From Patescibacteria group bacterium (lineage in GTDB: Bacteria; Patescibacteriota; JABMPQ01; JAHIRA01), in contig JAHISJ010000023.1 of assembly GCA_018818205.1 (NCBI GenBank), positions 173,428 to 237,427 of the forward strand: a DNA stretch of 64,000 bases, given 5' to 3'. Below are positions 19,457 to 28,122 of the stretch, one piece after another. The notes under the pieces are model-generated. The model worked only from the letters and a program-made list of their open reading frames with translations, was not told the DNA's origin and searched no databases. Position 1 is the stretch's first letter, and the number at the start of each line of letters is the position of its first letter. The position numbers and the translations under genes are program-made.

Positions 19457-20908
19457 ATGTTCGAACAATCATTCAAAAATATCGACGATATTCTACATAC
19501 CGATTCCGGATGCGGGACCGAGCTTGATTATGTTGAGCAAACTTCTTGGATTCTCTTTTTAAAATACCTCGATGATTTGGAAGAAACAAAGAAAACCGAG
19601 GCGGAACTTTCGGGGAAAAAATATGAATATATTTTATCGCCAAAATATCGATGGAACACTTGGGCTTGCCCAAAAAAAGATGATGGAAAGATTGACCATA
19701 ACAAAGCTCTTGGTGGGGATGATTTACGTGATTTTGTAAATAACAATCTTTTTCCTTATCTTAAAAAATTAAAAGCCGAGGATTCTGACACGATTGAATA
19801 CAAGATCGGTGAGATTTTTAGTGAACTAAAAAACAAAATTACAAGCGGTCACAAGTTGCGAGAAATTTTAACTATTGTTGATGGAATGCACTTTAGACTG
19901 TATGAAGAAAAGCACGAACTTTCTCATCTCTATGAAGCGAAAATTGCTAAAATGGGTAACGCTGGTCGAAACGGCGGTGAATACTATACACCTCGTCCGC
20001 TGATTAAGACTATCGTGAAGGTGGTTGACCCAAAAATCGGGGAAACCATTTATGATGGTGCCTGTGGAAGCGCCGGGTTTTTAGTTGAAGCATATAACTA
20101 TCTAACACAAAATCCGGAGAAACTGTCTTCGGGTCAAATGGAGACCTTGCAAAACAAAACCTTTTACGGAAAAGAAATCAAATCACTAGCTTACATCATC
20201 GGCATTATGAACATGATTTTGCATGGCATTGAAGCTCCAAACATCAGACACACAAACACGCTGGCCGAAAATATCAACGATATTCAAGAAAAAGATCGAT
20301 ATGATATTGTTTTGGCTAATCCGCCTTTTGGCGCCGGTATCGGCCGTGAAATACAACAAAATTTCCCCATCAAAACCGGAGAAACCGCTTTTCTTTTTCT
20401 CCAACATTTCATTAAGATTCTAAAAGCCGGTGGTAGAGCGGGAATAGTTATAAAAAATACTTTTTTATCCAATACCGACAACGCCTCCGTATCTTTACGC
20501 AAACTTCTTCTGGAAAATTGCAACCTCCACACCGTCCTTGATTTACCCGGGGGTGCTTTTCAGGGCGCAGGTGTAAAAACCGTCGTTCTCTTTTTTGAAA
20601 AAGGCGCGCCGACCAAGAAAGTTTGGTTTTATCAACTGAACCTTGATCGTAATCTTGGTAAAGGAAATCCTTTAAACGAAGCTGATTTGACGGAGTTTGT
20701 GAAATTGCAAAAAAGCAAAGCGGAAAGTGAGAATTCTTGGAGTGTGAGTGTGAAGGATATTGATCAAGAGACATTTGATTTGTCTGTGAAGAATCCTAAT
20801 AAGAAGAATGAGGAGGTGTTGCGGGAGCCGGAGGAGATTTTGAAGGAGATGAGGGATTTGGATGAAGAGAGTAAAAAAATACTAGATTCTATGCAAGAAA
20901 AATTATGA
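19457..20908 (+). CDS. hsdM: Type I restriction-modification methyltransferase subunit
   Basis: GEYYTPRPLI, YDGACGSAGFL (motif I), LANPPF (N6-adenine motif IV). Confidence 0.95.
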   Translation: MFEQSFKNIDDILHTDSGCGTELDYVEQTSWILFLKYLDDLEETKKTEAELSGKKYEYILSPKYRWNTWACPKKDDGKIDHNKALGGDDLRDFVNNNLFPYLKKLKAEDSDTIEYKIGEIFSELKNKITSGHKLREILTIVDGMHFRLYEEKHELSHLYEAKIAKMGNAGRNGGEYYTPRPLIKTIVKVVDPKIGETIYDGACGSAGFLVEAYNYLTQNPEKLSSGQMETLQNKTFYGKEIKSLAYIIGIMNMILHGIEAPNIRHTNTLAENINDIQEKDRYDIVLANPPFGAGIGREIQQNFPIKTGETAFLFLQHFIKILKAGGRAGIVIKNTFLSNTDNASVSLRKLLLENCNLHTVLDLPGGAFQGAGVKTVVLFFEKGAPTKKVWFYQLNLDRNLGKGNPLNEADLTEFVKLQKSKAESENSWSVSVKDIDQETFDLSVKNPNKKNEEVLREPEEILKEMRDLDEESKKILDSMQEKL

Positions 20909-21786
20909 TATCTGAAGAGCAAATACAGAATTGGTCACGAGCACTAAGTGAAATAGAGAACGAAAAATGTATTTCTACAGTGGCTACAATCAAAAATATT
21001 TTGCAAGAAAAGTTTGGAGATTCAGTAGATATTTTTCTTCAGGGCTCATATAGGAATAGTACAAATGTGAGACAAGATAGCGACGTAGATATCATTGTTT
21101 GTTACAATAAGGCATATTTTCCTGATCTGTCTGGACTTTCAGATCAAGAAATAGAACGTCATAATTCAATACTAATACCTTCTGAATACTCATTTTCACA
21201 ATTTAAGAGTGATGTTGAAGATTTAATGAGAAAAAAATTCCCACTTCAAACAGAAAGAAAAAATAAGTGTGTATTTGTAAAAGGAGATGTACATAGAGTA
21301 AATGCAGATATTGTACCTTGTTTTATTTTAAAGCGTTTTCGCCCTCCTTATTATGTTGAAGCCGAGGGAATTCAATTTTTTTCTGACAAAGAAGAAGAAA
21401 TAAAAAGTTTTCCAAGACAACACTACGAAAACGGAGCGGACAAAAACGAAGCAACTGATGCGTCGTTTAAATCGGTAGTTAGAATTTTAAAAAATTCTAG
21501 AAATATGCTTATTGATAAGAATGAAATTGACGAAAAACTTATGCCATCTTTTTTCTTAGAATGCTTAATATGGAATGTTCCAAATATCCAATTTAACACT
21601 TTTTCAGAAAAGAGATGTGTAAATAGCATTTTGAAAGTTTTGTGGGCAGACATGGATAGGATAGAGGTTGTGGAATCTTACACCGAAATCAGTAATTTAA
21701 TGCTTTTATTTCAAAAGCAAAAGGCACAAACCCCTGAAAGTGTTAAACTTTTTTTAAGTGAAGCTTATAACTTAATGAATTCATGA
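20905..21786 (+). CDS. cGAS/DncV-like nucleotidyltransferase (CD-NTase, CdnE-like), putative CBASS synthase
   Basis: IFLQGSYRNSTNVRQDSDVDII (GS...DxD), ADIVP third acidic residue, P.QHYENG..KN..T...FK..VRI.KN.R, PSFFLECLIWNVP; colinear with RmCdnE as I recall its sequence. Confidence 0.88.
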   Translation: MISEEQIQNWSRALSEIENEKCISTVATIKNILQEKFGDSVDIFLQGSYRNSTNVRQDSDVDIIVCYNKAYFPDLSGLSDQEIERHNSILIPSEYSFSQFKSDVEDLMRKKFPLQTERKNKCVFVKGDVHRVNADIVPCFILKRFRPPYYVEAEGIQFFSDKEEEIKSFPRQHYENGADKNEATDASFKSVVRILKNSRNMLIDKNEIDEKLMPSFFLECLIWNVPNIQFNTFSEKRCVNSILKVLWADMDRIEVVESYTEISNLMLLFQKQKAQTPESVKLFLSEAYNLMNS

Positions 21787-21795
21787 AAAATTTCA

Positions 21796-22251
21796 ATGCA
21801 AAATGATATTTTATTAAAGGCTCTTGATGAGCGATACAAATCTATCCACATAATCCGTGAAAGGATTCAGACTGTTGTGCTATGGATTTTGGGGCTTTTA
21901 ATTACTGGGTCAGCATGGGTTTACCAGTCAGATGTTTATTTTGATTTACTTGGTATGTTGTCATTGTTTCTTGTGATTATTTGTATCTGGATATCTATTT
22001 GGAAATTTTATTTTTATGATCTAGAAAAGGGTTTTAATAGTCAAAGAAAAATTGCTGCTAAAATTGAAGAAGCCCTTGGTTTTTATAAGAAAAAACATTT
22101 TTCAGAGAGTGAAGAATCGATGTATCCAATTGAATGGAAAAATTCTGGGAAAAAAAATTGCGAGGGAAAATTTATGAGAAATACTTACTACTTGATTGCA
22201 CTGGGTTTCATTCTATCAATGCTTGCAATTTTTTCCCACACATGTATTTAG
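21796..22251 (+). CDS. Small 3-TM membrane protein, putative CBASS effector
   Basis: Starts 9 nt after the CD-NTase stop; 2 TM + polar segment (KIEEALG...YPIEW) + 1 C-terminal TM. Confidence 0.65.
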   Translation: MQNDILLKALDERYKSIHIIRERIQTVVLWILGLLITGSAWVYQSDVYFDLLGMLSLFLVIICIWISIWKFYFYDLEKGFNSQRKIAAKIEEALGFYKKKHFSESEESMYPIEWKNSGKKNCEGKFMRNTYYLIALGFILSMLAIFSHTCI

Positions 22252-22256
22252 ATATT

Positions 22257-23324
22257 ATGACTAAAAGAATTCAAAAAAATAACTGGCAAACAAAAAAACT
22301 TGGCGATATTTTAAAATTAGAATATGGTAAACCTTTGCCAAAAACTGAAAGATCTTCCGATGGGAAATATCCTGTTTATGGTGCAAATGGGATTAAGGAT
22401 TTTTCCAACAAGTTTTATTTTGATAAGCCAAGCATTGTTGTTGGCCGAAAAGGATCAGCAGGAAAGCTTCATTTAGTAGAGAAAAATTTTTGGCCATTGG
22501 ACGTGACTTATTTTGTAACTTTTGATGATAAAAAATATGATCTCAATTTTCTTTTTCATCTTTTGAGTGATCTTGAACTATCGAAATTAGCAAAAGGTGT
22601 AAAACCCGGAATAAATCGTAATGATGTTTACTCGAGAGAGGTCAATATTCCACCTCTCCCCGAACAACGCCGCATCGTAAAAATTCTAGATGAAATTTTT
22701 GAGAAAACAGCGAAAGCAAAAGAAAATTCTGAAAAAAATCTGCAAAATGCCAAAGAACTTTTTGAATCGTATTTGCAGAGTGTTTTTGAGAATCCAGGGG
22801 AAGATTGGAAAAAGAAAAGATTTGATAAAATTTGTGTTCTTCAAAGAGGTTTCGATTTGCCAACTCGTTTAAGAAATATAGGAAAATTTCCGCTTGTTAG
22901 CTCTAATGGAATTACTGACCAAATTGACCTCTGGAAAGTAAAAGCCCCTGGTGTTGTTACTGGAAGAAGTGGAACAATTGGCAATGTTCACTATATTGAA
23001 AAAGATTTTTGGCCTCTAAATACAGCACTTTACATCAAAGAGTTTTATGGGAATAATGAAAGGTTTATTTATTATTTATTGAAGCAATTTGATTTAAGTA
23101 AATACAGTTCAGGGGCAGGTGTCCCAACTTTAAATCGAAATAATGTTCATGATGAAATGGTTTTATATCCCAGATCGTTAAACGAGCAAAAATACATAGT
23201 CAAAAAACTTGATGGTCTTTCAGCCAAAACTAAAAAACTAGAAACAATTTACCAAAAAAAGTTATCAGACTTAGAAGAACTGAAAAAATCAGTTCTAAAA
23301 CGTGCCTTCAGTGGCAAGTTATAA
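22257..23324 (+). CDS. hsdS: Type I restriction-modification specificity subunit (start ATG 22257)
   Basis: Two TRD-like repeats (W..KKLGD..., YPVYGANG, IVVGRKGSAG / VVTGRSGTIG), IPPLPEQRRIV..LD, LKKSVLKRAFSGKL end. Confidence 0.93.
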   Translation: MTKRIQKNNWQTKKLGDILKLEYGKPLPKTERSSDGKYPVYGANGIKDFSNKFYFDKPSIVVGRKGSAGKLHLVEKNFWPLDVTYFVTFDDKKYDLNFLFHLLSDLELSKLAKGVKPGINRNDVYSREVNIPPLPEQRRIVKILDEIFEKTAKAKENSEKNLQNAKELFESYLQSVFENPGEDWKKKRFDKICVLQRGFDLPTRLRNIGKFPLVSSNGITDQIDLWKVKAPGVVTGRSGTIGNVHYIEKDFWPLNTALYIKEFYGNNERFIYYLLKQFDLSKYSSGAGVPTLNRNNVHDEMVLYPRSLNEQKYIVKKLDGLSAKTKKLETIYQKKLSDLEELKKSVLKRAFSGKL

Positions 23325-23336
23325 CAAACTAAATTT

Positions 23337-25664
23337 ATGAACGAATCAGAAACAAGAGCCGAATATATTGACCCAAAGCTTAAACAAGCTGGTTGGGGTG
23401 AGGTTGAGGGGTCGAAAATAATGCGGGAATATCGGATTACCGAAGGAAGAATTCAAGCCGGCGGTACAAGGTCCAAACCGGAGATTGCGGATTATGTTTT
23501 GGTTTATAAGAATCGTAAAATTGGAATAATTGAAGCAAAAGCTGTAGATCTGGAAGTTGGTGAGGGGGTAGCGCAAGCCAAGGCATACGCCGAGAAAATG
23601 GATATAGATTATTCTTATGCGACAAACGGCAAAGAGATTTATCAGATTTCCATGAAAACAGGTAAGGAAAAAAACGTGAGTAGCTTTCCCACTCCAGATG
23701 AACTATGGAATAAAACTTACGCCGACTGGAATGAATGGAAGGAAAAATTTGATGGAGTTTTGTTTGAAGATGGAGGAACGGGGAAAAGACCCAGGTATTA
23801 TCAGGAAATCGCGACAAATAATGTTTTGGAATCGATTACTGAAGAAAAAAAGAGAATCTTATTAACATTAGCAACCGGAACCGGAAAAACGTTTATTGCT
23901 TTTCAAATTGTTTGGAAACTTTTTCAAACCCGTTGGAATCTGAATCGTGATGGGGCCAGGAGGCCAAGAGTTTTGTTTTTAGCTGACAGGAATATTTTAG
24001 CTGATCAAGCTATGAATAATTTTGCGGCTTTTAAAGAAGATGAAAAAGTGAGAATCAACCCGCTTGATATCAGAAAAAAGGGTGGAGTACCTATGACCGG
24101 CAGTATCTTTTTTACCATCTTTCAAACTTTCATGAGCGGGCAAAACGGCATGCCATATTTTGGTGATTATCCACCTGATTTCTTTGATTTGATTATCATT
24201 GATGAATGTCACAGAGGAGGGGCAAATGATGAAAGTAATTGGCGTGGAATTTTAGAATATTTTTCTCCGGCGGTACAACTTGGACTTACCGCAACACCAA
24301 AGCGAAAAAATAATGTCGACACGTATAGATACTTTGGAGAACCGGTTTACATTTATTCACTCAAGGAAGGAATCAACGACGGGTTTTTAACACCTTTTAA
24401 AATCAAAAGAATCAAAACAACGTTAGATGATTATGTTTACACTTCCGATGATCAGATTATTGAAGGAGAAGTTGAAGAAGGAAAAATTTACGAAGAGCCG
24501 GATTTTAATAGAATTATTGAAATTAAGGAACGTGAAGCAAAGAGAGCGCGGGTATTAATGAATGAAATAAATCAAAATGAAAAAACTATTATCTTTTGCG
24601 CGACACAAGATCATGCCTTGGCGGTTCGTGACTTGGTAAGTCAAATGAAAAATAGTAAGGACCCATTTTATTGCGTTCGGGTGACGGCAAATGATGGGGC
24701 AAGAGGAGATCAGTCCTTACGTGATTTTCAAGATAATGAAAAAATAATTCCAACAATTCTCACAACTTCTCAAAAACTTTCCACAGGTGTAGACGCGCGC
24801 AATATTAGAAATATCGTTTTAATGCGTCCAATCAATTCGATCATAGAGTTTAAACAGATTATTGGACGTGGGACGAGACTTTTTGACGGTAAAGAATATT
24901 TTACGATCTATGATTTTGTTGATGCATACAAACATTTTTCTGACCCCGAATGGGATGGTGAGCCGATAGACGAGACAACCGAAAAGGAACCGCGTGAGAT
25001 GAAAGAACAGAAGGAAATAAAAGAGTCAAACGCTTCACTCGAAAAGCCGGAGGAACCGAAGAAGAAACTGAAAATTAAGTTAAGCGATGGCAAAGTGAGA
25101 GAGATAAAACACATGATTTCCACTTCTTTCTGGGGTGCTGATGGCAAACCGATTTCCATTCAAGAGTTCATGGATAATATGTTTGGTACCATGCCCGAGT
25201 TTTTTAAAAGTGAAGAAGAGCTCAGAAAAATTTGGTCAAATCCTAAAACGCGTAAAGCTTTTTTAGAGAAAATTGCCGAAAAAGGTTTTGGCAAAGATGA
25301 GCTAGAAACTCTGCAAAAAATGATTGATGCTGAGCAAAGTGACTTGTTTGATGTATTGTTGTATATCTCGTTCTTAACCAAGCCAATTTCAAGGACTCAA
25401 AGAGTAAACCAATCAAAAAATAAGATGTTTAAAGGTCTAGATGATAAACAAAAAGAGTTTCTGGATTTTGTTTTATTAAAATATGAAGAAAAAGGAGTTG
25501 AAGAACTTGATGAAGATAAATTACCGGTTTTGTTGAATTTGAAATATCACGCTATAGCAAATGCAGAAGAATCTCTTGGCGATGTAGCGCGAATTCGGTC
25601 TATGTTTTTTTCCTCTCAGAAAAATTTGTACTCTGAGGTAGAAAAGGAATATACATATAAATAA
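23337..25664 (+). CDS. hsdR: Type I restriction endonuclease subunit (EcoAI/EcoEI-like)
   Basis: ADYVL...IIEAK nuclease motif, LATGTGKT, IIDECHRG, GLTATP, LSTGVD, FKQIIGRGTR. Confidence 0.95.
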   Translation: MNESETRAEYIDPKLKQAGWGEVEGSKIMREYRITEGRIQAGGTRSKPEIADYVLVYKNRKIGIIEAKAVDLEVGEGVAQAKAYAEKMDIDYSYATNGKEIYQISMKTGKEKNVSSFPTPDELWNKTYADWNEWKEKFDGVLFEDGGTGKRPRYYQEIATNNVLESITEEKKRILLTLATGTGKTFIAFQIVWKLFQTRWNLNRDGARRPRVLFLADRNILADQAMNNFAAFKEDEKVRINPLDIRKKGGVPMTGSIFFTIFQTFMSGQNGMPYFGDYPPDFFDLIIIDECHRGGANDESNWRGILEYFSPAVQLGLTATPKRKNNVDTYRYFGEPVYIYSLKEGINDGFLTPFKIKRIKTTLDDYVYTSDDQIIEGEVEEGKIYEEPDFNRIIEIKEREAKRARVLMNEINQNEKTIIFCATQDHALAVRDLVSQMKNSKDPFYCVRVTANDGARGDQSLRDFQDNEKIIPTILTTSQKLSTGVDARNIRNIVLMRPINSIIEFKQIIGRGTRLFDGKEYFTIYDFVDAYKHFSDPEWDGEPIDETTEKEPREMKEQKEIKESNASLEKPEEPKKKLKIKLSDGKVREIKHMISTSFWGADGKPISIQEFMDNMFGTMPEFFKSEEELRKIWSNPKTRKAFLEKIAEKGFGKDELETLQKMIDAEQSDLFDVLLYISFLTKPISRTQRVNQSKNKMFKGLDDKQKEFLDFVLLKYEEKGVEELDEDKLPVLLNLKYHAIANAEESLGDVARIRSMFFSSQKNLYSEVEKEYTYK

Positions 25665-25715
25665 AACGATGATTGAGATTTTTATTAAGAAAATTGAGGA
25701 GAGGGTGGAGAAAGC

Positions 25716-27245
25716 ATGGAAGTGAAACTGGATTTATTAAAAAAAATCAAAAATGCATATGACCCGTTTAAGGAATGTGTAACTATGGTTGATTGTGTTG
25801 ATTCTCTTTATGCTATTTGGGCTTATTACTCATTCCTTTTGCAGAAAAAAGAGGTTCCAGATATAGAATACATTAGGGAAATTGAACTAAATAAATCTAA
25901 TGAGTATAACTTTAGGTATGTTTCTCCTTGGGAGCTTGAGCTACTTGCAAGAGAGATACTAGTTAGCTCAATAGAAAGTAAACATTTCGATATACCATCA
26001 TTCAGGAGCGCAAAATATTTTGTCAACGCCTTGAATAATCTGAAAAGCATTGGAGGTGTATTTGAAATAGAAAAAGTAAGGCGTTTAACGTATGTACAAT
26101 TTCCTTGGCAGGGTGAAAATCATGTAATTGATGGGGTAAATATTCTTGTTCGATACTATAACTTGTTTAATCATGTAACTTTCGAGAAAAAAATTAGAGA
26201 GGAGTATGGTCTTTCGCTGAAAAAGCTATTTTTTGTTGGGTTTACATTGCTTTCTCATTTTCAGAATAATTTTGAACTTCGGTTACCCTATAAAAATAAA
26301 GATATCCCTGATTTAAAAGATCAAGAAATTGATGCTTTCCTTAACAAATTTTCACTTGCATTGCCTGAAATTAGAAAAAGAGTTGAAAAAGAACAAGCTG
26401 TTGATGAAAATTTCTTATGTCGATCTATATGTTTAAAAGCATTGCCTCTCATTAAACTAGAAAGAAGTATTGTTTGTCCAATCCCTGATTTTCTCCTTTG
26501 GTCTTTTACAAAAAATCTTTATTATACGATTTACGATCAAAACAAAGATAGCAAAATAATTGGCGAAAATTTTGAAAAATACATAAAAAAAGTCATTAAA
26601 GCCGAGATTGATATAGTAGACTTATTTCCTAAGAAAAAATATGGCATAGAACAAAAAGAAACTTCGGACTACATTATTAAATATAGTAAAAGCCTTCTTT
26701 TTATTGAAGCAAAATTAAAAAGAATTCCATTTGAGGCTAAAACTTGTTTATTAGATGAAACAGCTTTTAACGAAGAACTTGTAAAATTTTCTGAATCAAT
26801 CGTTCAGACATACAAGGTAATTAATGATTTTATAAACAATGAATTTTCATTCTCAAACAAAAAACAAATAGTTAGGTATGAAGATGATTTTTTAATTTAC
26901 CCAATTATTGTAACATTAGAAGACTCATATATTTGGGGCAGTGATTCAAAATTGCTTGAAGCAGAAGTCTGTAAAAGATTAGAAGAGAATCAAATTCAAT
27001 TGAATTTTGTAAGCCGTTTCCCATATTTGTTGTGTTCGGCTAGAGAGTTTGAAAAATTTATACAGTTAATTAAGAATATTGACCCAGATAGTTTTTTTAA
27101 AGTAAGAAATAGAAATGAAGACACAAAAAGGAGCACTGTTAATAACCTAATGTATAATTTTTTTAATAAAGATATGGAAAAAAATAAAAAGGTTTTATTG
27201 AAAGAAGAGTTCGTTAAAATTTTCCCCAAAGGTCTAATAATATAA
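25716..27245 (+). CDS. Hypothetical protein with C-terminal PD-(D/E)xK nuclease-like motif
   Basis: GENFEKYI...ETSDYIIKYSKSLLFIEAK...Q; AT-rich; 51 nt after hsdR. Confidence 0.65.
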   Translation: MEVKLDLLKKIKNAYDPFKECVTMVDCVDSLYAIWAYYSFLLQKKEVPDIEYIREIELNKSNEYNFRYVSPWELELLAREILVSSIESKHFDIPSFRSAKYFVNALNNLKSIGGVFEIEKVRRLTYVQFPWQGENHVIDGVNILVRYYNLFNHVTFEKKIREEYGLSLKKLFFVGFTLLSHFQNNFELRLPYKNKDIPDLKDQEIDAFLNKFSLALPEIRKRVEKEQAVDENFLCRSICLKALPLIKLERSIVCPIPDFLLWSFTKNLYYTIYDQNKDSKIIGENFEKYIKKVIKAEIDIVDLFPKKKYGIEQKETSDYIIKYSKSLLFIEAKLKRIPFEAKTCLLDETAFNEELVKFSESIVQTYKVINDFINNEFSFSNKKQIVRYEDDFLIYPIIVTLEDSYIWGSDSKLLEAEVCKRLEENQIQLNFVSRFPYLLCSAREFEKFIQLIKNIDPDSFFKVRNRNEDTKRSTVNNLMYNFFNKDMEKNKKVLLKEEFVKIFPKGLII

Positions 27246-27519
27246 TTTTAGAACAATCTCTGATTCTCACTATCACTTGATGAAAAAAAAATGTCTAGAG
27301 AGTGATAAAATCTCAAAGTCAGATAATGAATGTGATTACTATATGTAGTGGAATGCACGTGATGAGTATGAGAAGTTAGAAGTGGAAATATCCAACTAAC
27401 AGAGAAAAATACACAAAAGAAAAATCAGACTATATCAATTCAATAACAAAGAAAGCCAAAAGTGGAAACGAGTAATGATCTTTCACAATATAAAATATAT
27501 AGCCAAAAATGAATTTGTA

Positions 27520-27528
27520 TGCTATAAT
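27520..27528 (+). promoter_or_regulatory. Extended -10 promoter for the DUF308-anSME unit
   Basis: TGcTATAAT about 42 nt upstream of ATG 27571. Confidence 0.55.
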
Positions 27529-27570
27529 AAGTATGCTTAATTAAGTGTTTCTAAAAAACTAACAAAAAAA

Positions 27571-28122
27571 ATGGAAACAAAAACATCAACAGTTAGAGCA
27601 TTGCTCATAATCCGAGCACTAGTGCTTGTGGCCTTTGGCCTTATTGCGCTCTTTTATCCGGGTATTACCGTTTTGGGCCTTGTATACTTCTTTGGTATCA
27701 TGGCCATAATTAGTGGAATCCTTGCCTTTGTTCATCTCATTGCTGAGAAAAACTGGCTCTATCTGCTACTCGGTATCTTTGAAATTTTTATAGGAATTTT
27801 GGTCATGGCATATCCGGGAATCACTGCTGCAATAGTTATCTGGCTGTTTATTATCTGGCTTCTTGCTATGGGCCTTGTATTGTTTATTAATGGTATTACA
27901 TTGCTAAAAGGAATTGCGCGAGTGTTAATGATTATTTCTGGGTTACTTGTTGCACTTCTAGCCATGCTTCTTCTCCTACAACCTATCTGGATGACCGGAG
28001 TAGATATCCTTTGGTTCATTGGTATCTTTAGCGCAATCTCAGGCGTTGTTCTCTTCTTTACTGGTATTTTTGCAAAAAAAGAAACAATTCGTGAGGTAGC
28101 TCGTGAAGAGTCAGAAGTGTAA
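27571..28122 (+). CDS. HdeD/DUF308-family membrane protein
   Basis: Repeated G...P..T....FG..A..SG hydrophobic units. Confidence 0.8.
   Translation: METKTSTVRALLIIRALVLVAFGLIALFYPGITVLGLVYFFGIMAIISGILAFVHLIAEKNWLYLLLGIFEIFIGILVMAYPGITAAIVIWLFIIWLLAMGLVLFINGITLLKGIARVLMIISGLLVALLAMLLLLQPIWMTGVDILWFIGIFSAISGVVLFFTGIFAKKETIREVAREESEV

Noticed and set aside
22134-22256. N-terminal extension of HsdS given in the ORF track
   Set aside because: It overlaps the 3-TM gene by over 100 nt and is not HsdS-like; ATG 22257 fits better.
27262-27276. gattctcactatcac as a degenerate attR copy of the tRNA-Ser 3' end (gaatcccactctctc)
   Set aside because: About 11 of 15 matches in AT-rich DNA and no integrase; not distinguishable from chance.
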